64,000 nt of DNA from assembly GCA_964016885.1 (NCBI GenBank), contig OZ024742.1:72230001-72294000 (forward strand), written 5' to 3'. Positions 54,610 through 64,000 of this stretch are shown here, in pieces. Source of the DNA: Eledone cirrhosa. Taxonomy: Eukaryota. The notes below the pieces were generated by a model. The model was not told the DNA's origin and made no database searches. It saw nothing but the letters and a program-made list of their open reading frames with translations. Within the stretch, counting starts at the first letter, position 1. Each line of letters starts with the position of its first letter. The translations under genes and the position numbers were made by a program.

Positions 54610-57600
54610 AGGTGGGGAAAAGATGAATTAATGTTAAATAGAAGAAAAAGGTCCACAAGATCGGTAATTTGGGCAGAATCACTAGAGCCCATAGTTATGT
54701 AGAAGAGATTACTATATGTAGGAAAAATTACTATATAGGAAAAATTATAAAAACACAAATAATGCGGCTCTTATCAATATCAACAACAAAACATACAGCA
54801 TAGTAAATAAATTCAATATTGAAGACAGAACTGAACCCTTGGCACTGAAAAAAACACATTTTAACCTGAAGGATCACAAATCTAATTTCAACTCTAATCC
54901 TTCTATAAGACTTATATGCCCTTCTAAATCAGACATTGGCATCATAAGCAAAAAAAATCTGGATAGAATTATCCCACAATTAAGAAAACACGTTAATTTA
55001 CTACTCTGGGAAAACACATCCCAAGTAATTACTTGGTTTACTAATATTGAAAATAAATCCTCTGCTTCATTTCTACAATTCGATATAGATGCATATTATT
55101 CCTCTATATGACCCATACTCCTGAACAAAGCCTTGATATTTGCCAAAAATAGATCAGACTTAACTATGGATGACATCAATATTATCACGCACGCTTGACA
55201 AACACTACTTGAATTTCAGAAGGAATTGTTGGACCAGAAATACATATAGTAATCTCTTCGACATAACTATGGCTCTAGTGATTCTGCCCAAATTACCGAT
55301 CTTGTGGGCCTTTTTCTTTTATTTAACATTAATTCATCTTTTCCCCACCTTAAAGGTGGTTTATATCGTGATGACTGTCTTCTTCTATCCTCTAATCTTA
55401 GCCTATCAGAAATTGAAATAAATAAAAAACTTATTAGAACTTTCCTCAAAGACTATTATAATCTCACTATTACATTTGAAAACACCAGTAAAATAGTCAA
55501 TTTCCTAGATATAACTATGGACCTATATACAGGAATCTACCAACCTTACCATAAATCTAACCAAAACTTGCATTACATACACTCACAATCTAATCACCCT
55601 AGATCTATCCTTAAAAACCTAGCATATAATATCTCACTCAGAATCATGATGTATTCGATAAAAACGCGCCCTTTTATAATGAAACTTTAGCTAGAAGTGG
55701 CCATAAGAACAAATTAGTCTATATACCTTGCACCAATAATATTTCAAACACAACCTAATATTACCAACAAACACCAAATGAAAAACCCACACCTAAATGC
55801 CACTCATACTACACCTAAAAACACCAACCCAAAACTTAATTTCTCTACCTCTTCTCACATAAAAGATAATGACGTTCAAAAAACTATTCACCCTAATACT
55901 CTTATATATGTCAACAACATAACTAACAAAATTCCTAGTAATCAGGCTAAAACATCAATTAATCTAACTAAACCTATATATAATAAAATCACTAATAGTA
56001 ACTCTATCAGTAAACCTCCCGATACATCATATAAATATAAGAAACAATGTCGAAACCGTAATAGATGGGTTACTTGGTATAATGCTCCATTTAATCTACA
56101 GATTAAAGACCATATCCCTAAAAAAAATTCTTTGCTATCCTGGAGAAAAACTTCCCACCAAACCATAAATACCATCAAATTTTAAATAGATCTACTGTCA
56201 AATTTTCCCACTCCACTACCAAGAATATACAACAGAATATAAGTGCTTACAACATATATAAGTGTAAAAAAAAACATAAATATACCACCAACATATCAAA
56301 CCAACCATAATAATACTAAAATAAACGAAAACAAACCACCTTCTTCACCTATAATAGGTCCCGTAATAATCTCCAAAACAAACAGAACTCTACTAGCTCC
56401 ACATCCCCTAAATTATCACCCACCAACAACCTGTCTAACCATACTAATCTAATTACAACCCATTCTAAACCATACATTAATGAAAATAGTAACACTAATA
56501 CCACTATAGATAACACAATTAACTCTCCTGATACAATATTTACGAATGGGTGTAACTGTAGAATCAAAAGAAATTGCCCATCAAAGGGAAATTGTCTTAT
56601 TAATAACATATTCTATAAATGTGTAATTAGTACTAAGGACTCCACTCAATCCTATATAGGAGCTACGTCTAACCAATTTAAAGTAAGATTTAATACCCAC
56701 AAACATAGTTTTTAAAATGCCGCATTAGCTAATACAACCTCCTTGGTTGAAGCAATTAATAATTATAGAAAGAAGGATATTGATTGCAACCTGACCTGGA
56801 GCGTGCTCAAAAGGGCCATCCTTTATCAAAATAGCAGATATGAGTGTAGGTTATTCTCCCAAGAACTATTTGAAATCATGAAATCTAATGATATCCTATT
56901 AAATAAGCGACAGGAGTTAATTATATCATGCAATCATAGAATTAGAAAAACCTTCAAATATTATAAACTTAATTAATATATACCTCACTCTTATATTTTA
57001 CAAATTATTATAATTAATTTAAAAATTGTTTTTTAATTTAGTTAACCTATAATTAGATATTTACTACTAAGAATTTCATAATTTTATTTCCCTCCTGCAG
57101 CTCACTTTACCTAAAGTTATCTTTAACCTCACTACTTCTTTTAACCGCATCCCCTATCTATCACATTTAATACCTAGGATTATTAAATATAATTAATATC
57201 TTTAATATTATGGATGTTTAGATAGATACACTTTTTATAAAATTTTATCTATTTCAGTCTTTCTATATATATTTTTTATTTTATTTTTTTTTTTACTTCT
57301 TTATTTATCACATTCATAAGAATTAATATAATTTTAATTCTGTAATTAATTTAATTTCCCTTTATGTATCTAGGTTCCTTGAAATTTAAACAGGAGTAGT
57401 ATTTCTCACTAACACTCTCATCCCACAAAAAATTCATTTCCCTTCGTTTTTAACAGCATTCTTTAATAACATCAATTTTTTTTTTGGGGGGGGGGGGGGG
57501 GGGATCCTTCACAATTTCATTGACTTGAGCTCATTTTAACCCCTATCTTTCTCTTCCCCATTGTATTCTTTTCATTCAGAGCATAAATTTACATTCCTCC

Positions 57601-57928
57601 ACTCCTAGCATAAAGTTCTACTACTGTTATTCTATCAACTTGACCTCTAACTCTTTTCTATGGTCAATTCAAAACCTGTTCCCAAACAGACTTTTTGTAT
57701 TAATACTGTGTTTCTTTCAATAAACATACTTCATCATTTCTGAAGATGGCATATATAAGTGACGGTATATATATATCTCCTCTGATAATTTGTAATATTT
57801 TTTTACATAGATCTTTAATATGATATACATACCAACACACATATATATCCCAGAAACGATCGTAAAATGATGACTTTTTCAATATAAGGAACCTGTTCTT
57901 TGTTTTTATTTCATTGTTTTTATTTATT

Positions 57929-57930
<2 letters not shown>
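54610..57930 (+). mobile_element. Penelope-like element (RT + GIY-YIG endonuclease + 3' pLTR), degenerate
   Basis: RT: SIRLICPSKSDIG, QFDIDAYYSSI, GLYRDD, NFLDITMDL, YIHSQSNHP. Endonuclease: CNC..CPSKGNC..IFY..SYIG..FKVRFNTHKHSF. Inverted 5' piece (54610-54720 = reverse complement of 55241-55350); ends at (TA)n. Confidence 0.9.
57732..57872 (+). ncRNA. Hammerhead in the Penelope 3' pLTR with a ~100-nt helix II insert
   Basis: CAUCAUUU-CUGAAGA-UGG...CCA-GAAA-CGAUC-GUA/AAAUGAUG. Perfect 8-bp helix I and palindromic ACGAUCGU helix III. Confidence 0.75.
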
Positions 57931-57986
<56 letters not shown>

Positions 57987-58477
57987 ATAAGAAACGGAGA
58001 ATCAGTGTTGCGACGAATAAAATTTATTAGACATATTACAATCGTTTCTCTGGCGACCAGCTCGAGGCACGATCGATGTAATGATCGAACCTGACTCTGA
58101 AATCGCAAGATCCTTACATACGTCTCGATTCTACGCACATCTGCAACATCATCAGTGGTACTATTAGACATTACAATACAATAGGAGGGAACATAATAAT
58201 AGTACCACTGATGATGTTGCAGATGTGCAACGAAAGAACTTTGATAGACTATATATATATATTTATATCTGTAGTTTTTTAACCGTTGGTCACTTATGAT
58301 AAACATTGATTGCCAAATAAATTAACTATGGAGATATAAAATATACAGAAGCGAAAACCAACCAAACAGTGAGTGTGTTCTGTTATTATTTCTGGCAATA
58401 TTATTACAACAATATGACCCTCCCCAAGTATAATAATATTTGTTTCGACACACGATTTCATATCAAAAACCTTGCAA

Positions 58478-58531
<54 letters not shown>

Positions 58532-58929
58532 CAAAGGGAAGTAAGGTTCTATACAATAGTGGCTATATAGAAAAGGTGAGATTGGAAATAGCACTGAAAA
58601 TATATTTAAGGATCTGTTTTTCTTTTTTTGTCCTTTTTTTTTGATTCGTCAAAGTGGCATTATTGAAAAAAATGAGAGGGACATTTCTTTTAAAAAGAGA
58701 ATTTTATAATGTAGTATATAAAGTATATAAAGTATTGCCGGTTTCTATGTATTAGTCAAATTCATCTTATCAAATGTTAAGTATTACAATTAAAAAGAAT
58801 TAATAAGGATTAAAAACTAAAAATATAAGATTTAAAATCAAGTGTTGAGGTAAGTTTTTGCATCTTACTTGTTGAGAAAAAGACTATATATGTATGGAAC
58901 ACTTGAAGAACAAACGAAAATATACTTAC

Positions 58930-59127
58930 GGAATACTTTGAATTCACAAATCGTAAGAGGCTCCACGTGATAAAGCTTTACTATGACAACAGAACCAAAA
59001 ATAGGTTCATCACAGTGGAATGTGTGGAAAACGAACTTGGTATTATTATGTCTATAACACTCCACCCCAGTGCTTATAGATGAATTGTGTGACACGATCA
59101 CGTGGAATTTCTGAAGACGATGGGAAT
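58930..59127 (-). CDS. Host gene exon: C-terminal half of F-type lectin domain
   Basis: Acceptor ctgccttctag and donor GTAAGT; 198 nt, phase 1-1. Encodes SHRLQKFHVIV...C...C..PIFGSVVIV...LTICEFKVF. Confidence 0.85.
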
Positions 59128-59224
59128 CTAGAAGGCAGATTGAAAAAAAAACAATATACAAATTATGCATATACACACGCATATATACATATCACATACA
59201 TACACACACACTCATATATATGTA

Positions 59225-59262
<38 letters not shown>

Positions 59263-59507
59263 CATACTCACAGGACAGCGTTTGGCTTATGTCGGACGCT
59301 GTGATCCCTTGTGGACCAGCAGCACCGTTGGTAGGGGTCGAAACTGCCGAGATTCATCTCAATGGCCGATAATCCTGAAGTTCTGTGTCCTTCGTTTGTA
59401 TGTTTATTTTTAAAGAATATTTTTTTAAGGTTTCCCTTAAAAAAGTGTTTTTCATTTTGCCTTGTTTCTATTCGTTATCTTGTCCCTCTTTGTTAATTGT
59501 TAAAAGT

Positions 59508-59590
<83 letters not shown>

Positions 59591-59699
59591 CTGGACACTA
59601 GCTTTCAGGCGTCAGCAAACAAACAGACTGAGAGGCATCCATGACAGATATCCATATGTAAGCAAACAAGTATGTAAGCTGAATTTTTGTACGTCAGTA

Positions 59700-62600
59700 T
59701 ATTTAATTATGGACTAGAGCATATGAACAACACCGAGGATCGCAAAATCATCATCGGAGCAGACAAACGCCCAGCTTCAGAACATGAACGCAAGTTCAAT
59801 GCACCTGTTACTGATGAAGTTACAATCATAATGGTTGATGAACAGCATGAATGTCATGACATTGTTTTACAAAAACGAAGTGGACATTTGAAGCGAATAT
59901 GTGAAACTCATAAGGCCTATGACTCACTCCAATATCCGCTCATCTTCTGGAATGTTTAAGATGGATATCTTTTTCAGTTCTGGCAAATCAACCCAGGAAC
60001 AGGCCAAGAAACTGGCCGATCAATCATCTGCAAAGAATGCCTATCATTTCATGTAACGGGATCACTTCAACAAAGTTTTGCGATTCAAAGAAGTAACCAG
60101 CCACTTCATGGTGGATATGTATGCCAAAATTGAAACAGAAAGATTGGGTTTCCTGCGAAGGAATCAAAATAAGTTGAGGACAGAAATACATCCACCTTAG
60201 AGATGCCATCAATTATGGTGGCGACCCAAAAAATATTGACCAACCAGTCATACTGCCAAGCTTCAAGGGAGGACCGCATTACATGCATGAATATATGCAT
60301 GATGCAATAGCCTATGTCAGAAAATTTGGCTGGCCGGATCTCTTCATTACATTTACATACAACTCAAACTGGACAGAAATATCCAATGAATTATTTCCAA
60401 ATCAGAAACCGAAGGATCGACATGGCCTTATTGCTCAGGCGTTTCATAAAAAGCAAAAAAAAAAAAAACCTCCTCAAGTTCCTAAAAGAAGGAAGAATCT
60501 TTGGTGAGCTTAGTTCCTGGATGACCACTATTGAATGGCAGAATAGGGGACTTCCTCACTCTCAAACACTAATCTAGTGCAAGGAGAAGATAAGACCAGA
60601 TGATATCGACAAGATCATTTCAGCGGGGTTGCCTGATAAAGATTGCGATCCAGCTCTTTGAAACCATCAAGACTAATATGGAGTCATCAATCCAATTTCA
60701 CTCGACATGCAGGATCAAAAATGTAGCAAAAATTATCCTAGAGCTTTTATTCAGGAAACTCAAGCTGAAAATGATAGATATCACCTAACTGCAAACCTAA
60801 CAGTTCGGGGAGAGGAGCTGACCATAGACAATCGATGGGTAAGTCCCATACAACAAATTGTTGTGCAAAGCCCTAAAAGCTCATATCAATGTTGAGTATA
60901 GCAGCTCCGTCAAAGCAATACTGTATGTTATAAAATATATCTAGGACAGTAACATGGTTGCCTTTGTTACTAACAAGGAGCTCAATGATGTTCGGCTGGA
61001 TGAGGTCAAACGGTATCAGACAGGTCGATACATATCCAGCAATGAAGCTATCTGACAGATACGCCGCCTAGCAGTGGTCAATCTAGCAGTTCACCTGGAG
61101 AATGGACAGAGAATGTGCTTCACTGAAACCATTGCTCATTAGTTGGTACAAGCAACATCCAACACAGCTCAAACTGCTTTTTTTAAACTCTGCCAGAATT
61201 ATGAATTTCCCTCCTGTACACTGAGATTCCAACATACTTCACCTGGACGAATTGTAAAACCTGGAATCTAAGGAAACAGGATCATTTAGTGGACGGTAAT
61301 GAAGTCATGGCAAGTGATGCTATTGGGCGTGTTTACAATCTACGGTTACTTCTACATACTGTTCGAGTACCAACGTTATTTGAGGATCTCGGGTGCTTCG
61401 AAGAAAAAGTGTGTGCAACATACCAAGAAGCAAGTAAGCAGCATGGACTCCTCCATGACAATGGACATTGGAAGAAGACCCTAGAAGAAACAGCAATCAC
61501 TCGAGTAGCCATTCAAATAAGGCATTTGTTTACTATTATGCTCATAGCATATGGAATTGAAGCTCATCTACTCTGGCAGGAATCAAAAACAGTATGTCAA
61601 ACGACTATCTACACCTAACCCAAAGACACCATGACAATATGTATATAGAATGTTCCCCCAGCATTTACAATCAAGCTCTCTGCAACTTGTCCCATCAAGT
61701 TCAAGCAATGAATAGCATATTAACTAACTACGGGATGCCAGAGTCGGAAGAACCATGAAGAAATGGAGGTAGCACAAAGAAATTTTCAGGAGACAAATTA
61801 CGATATTCGTGTCTTGCGTAGGTTTGTGGATGAAAATGAACCTCAAAATAACAGGAGAGGACTTTTCTTCATCGATGATCTTGCTGGCACAGGTAAGATA
61901 TTCCTCATAAACCTCCTTCCTGCAAAAGTTCCTCAAAAGCAACATATTACCCTTATTGTGGCTTCAAGTGGCATTGCAATAACACTTCTGGATGGAGGAA
62001 GAACTGCACACTCCATGTGTCAGCTGCCCATAGACCTCACATGGCATGAACAATCGTTTTGCAACATCGGAAAGAAATCACCCAAAGGCAAGCTCCTACA
62101 AACATGCAAAATGATCATTTGGGATGCAGCCACCAGCCATAAACGCACAATTGAAGCCTTGGACTGGACAATAAGAGACCTGAAAGAAAATACTTGCATA
62201 ATAGGAGTGACAATAGTTCTTGCTGGTGATTTCTGACAAACTCTGTCAGAAATTCCCTGAGTGACCCGAGCTGATCAAGTCAATGCCTGTCTGAAATCAT
62301 CCTATCTCTGGCCCAATTTTTAACGACTGAGCCTTACAACCAATATGCCAGTGCACTTGACTGGTGATGAAGATGTCAGTGAGTTTGCCACCCAACTACA
62401 TAAATTGGAAAATGGACTTCTTTAAAAGGATTCCAACGACCAGATTCAGTTGTCATTTGACCATATCATTGAAACAAAACAAGAACTGATAGCCAGAGTC
62501 TTTCCAAACATTCAGATCAGACAATGTGATTCCAAATGGCTCGGTGAACGAACAATCTTAGCACCGAAAAATGTTATTGTGAAAGAAATCAACAGAAGGC

Positions 62601-62857
62601 TACTGGATATATTACTGGGAGAGAAAAGATGTTACAAATCTGTTCACACAATCACTTCCCAGGACCAGGTTGTAAACTATCCAACTGAATTTTTTAACAG
62701 CATGGAACTAGCAGGAATTCCTCCACACAACCTGATAGTGAAGCTTGGAGCATCGGTTATATTACTTCATAATCTGGATCCCCCAAAACTTTGCAATGGC
62801 ACAAGACTCATTATTAAAAATATGATGCCTAATGTCCTAGACGTCACAAACATGTGA
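59700..62857 (+). mobile_element. Decayed Helitron Rep/PIF1-like helicase coding region
   Basis: YDSLQYPLIF, PDLFITFT, EWQNRGLPH (Rep), AGTGK, ASSGIA, GGRTAHS, LAGDF, LCNGTRL; many stops. Confidence 0.9.
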
Positions 62858-63069
62858 TTAGAAGGTCTAAGGAAAATATCACTGGACAAACTGTACGGGC
62901 AAAACAACCAGCAGGAGATTTAGGGGCAGACCACTATCAAGATGGTTGGATAACATCCATAGGCTCGGCTGGTCTTGCTTGGGGATCCAGCCTGATCAAT
63001 TGGATACAGTTGCTCCTGACAGGCCCTGCAGTAAGATGTGCTTAAGAACTCTGCCCTACGACCATCCCA

Positions 63070-63148
63070 AGAAGAAGAAGAAGAAGAAGAAGAAGAAGAA
63101 GAAGAAGAAGAAGAAGAAGAAGAAGAAGAAGAAGAAGAAGAAGAAGAA
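63070..63148. repeat. (GAA)n microsatellite
   Basis: Direct read; explains the poly-Lys ORF. Confidence 0.95.
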
Positions 63149-63556
63149 ATCTTGCGTAGCTAATTTTTTTTTAATCACCAGTAATTAGAGATCATTTTAG
63201 AATAATAAAAATAAAATCTTGGAGAAAACAGTGATCTAAACTGGAGTTCCAAGAAGCTTATTGTATTTCCATACGATGAAAATGAGTAGTCGCATGGGTT
63301 AATACACCAGGCTTAAAAAACAAGAAAACTGACTCGAAAGTGCTGTCTGATAAAAGAGTCGATCTGCTAGAGGGTGACAAAACACACCACGTAGAATGAA
63401 GAGGAATTTGAGGAGAGCGAAGCAGTTCCTCGGGAGGAAAAGCGCCCGGTGCACGTCAATGAAACGTAATCTTTCCGTCATTCTCGCCAGGTCTGCATGC
63501 TTGATCTCCAGGCACTCACGTATGGTTTATCATATTTAAGTAAACTGTATATTTAC

Positions 63557-63790
63557 ATTTTTTTTCTTTGTCATCTCTGTTAAATATCTGCATGTAATTC
63601 ACATAGGTTGCTTGGTCAAGAAACACCATCCAATATGGTTCTGAGTATGGAAGATCTGTAGTATGAGTACAAGAATAGGCTTTTCTATGTTCGTCATAAT
63701 AAAAACAGGTTTCACCATCAACTGCTTTCTCAGAGTTCCCGCGATATGAGGTACTACTCTGTGTGGTACGGCGGTTTAATGCAATGTTTT
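63557..63790 (-). CDS. Host gene exon: N-terminal half of F-type lectin (fucolectin/FTP) domain
   Basis: Acceptor ttctgcctttcag and donor GTAAAT; 234 nt, phase 1-1. Encodes NIALNRRTTQSS..AVDG..SCTHT..PYWMVFL..IFNRDD. Upstream exons lie outside the window. Confidence 0.88.
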
Positions 63791-63867
63791 CTGAAAGGCA
63801 GAAAAATATATGTATGTATGTATATATATGAACGTGTACACATGCACTCGCACGCACGCACGCACAC

Positions 63868-63904
<37 letters not shown>

Positions 63905-64000
63905 TATATATACTCGTATATATGTGTGTGTATGAATATGCAACCTGAGCTCAATATTATGCAATACCGCCTACTGCACGAAACTGCATTGCACAAGGGG

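Noticed and set aside
59290-59352. CTGTGA-TCCCT...AGGGGTC-GAAAC hammerhead-like motif
   Set aside because: The core lacks a nucleotide and there is no clear NUH/helix I; too degenerate to call.
59700-62857. Host PIF1 helicase gene
   Set aside because: Fused to Helitron Rep motifs, intronless and full of stops; a transposon relic.

Overview
Repeat-saturated animal genomic DNA, probably a coleoid cephalopod such as Octopus; this is inferred only from the (TA)n/(CA)n/(CAT)n microsatellite load and the repeat types. One host gene runs on the minus strand across most of the window. Four GT-AG, phase-compatible exons encode an F-type lectin (fucolectin-like) domain, a MEGF10/SREC-type EGF module and a transmembrane helix. 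Its introns hold decayed RTE, L1/Tx1 and R4/Dong-like LINEs, a 4.2-kb LTR retrotransposon with a 5-bp TSD, solo LTRs, Helitron pieces, a TIR element and a Penelope-like element. The main discovery is a 10.7-kb tandem array (31558-42304) of 25 monomers of ~428 bp. Each monomer carries, on the minus strand (host-gene sense), a minimal type-I hammerhead ribozyme fold: CUGACGA...GAAA-CUA-GUA with a long helix I. Helix I shows compensatory changes in two dispersed copies of the same monomer. The array has higher-order structure (a dimer, then an 8-mer of ~3420 bp). All three loci end at the same nucleotide next to a microsatellite, suggesting a non-autonomous, retrozyme-like retroelement mobilised by Penelope-like machinery. 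A second hammerhead monomer family (321 bp) and several Penelope-type hammerheads also occur in the window. All folds were derived by eye, and none of the ribozyme activity has been tested.
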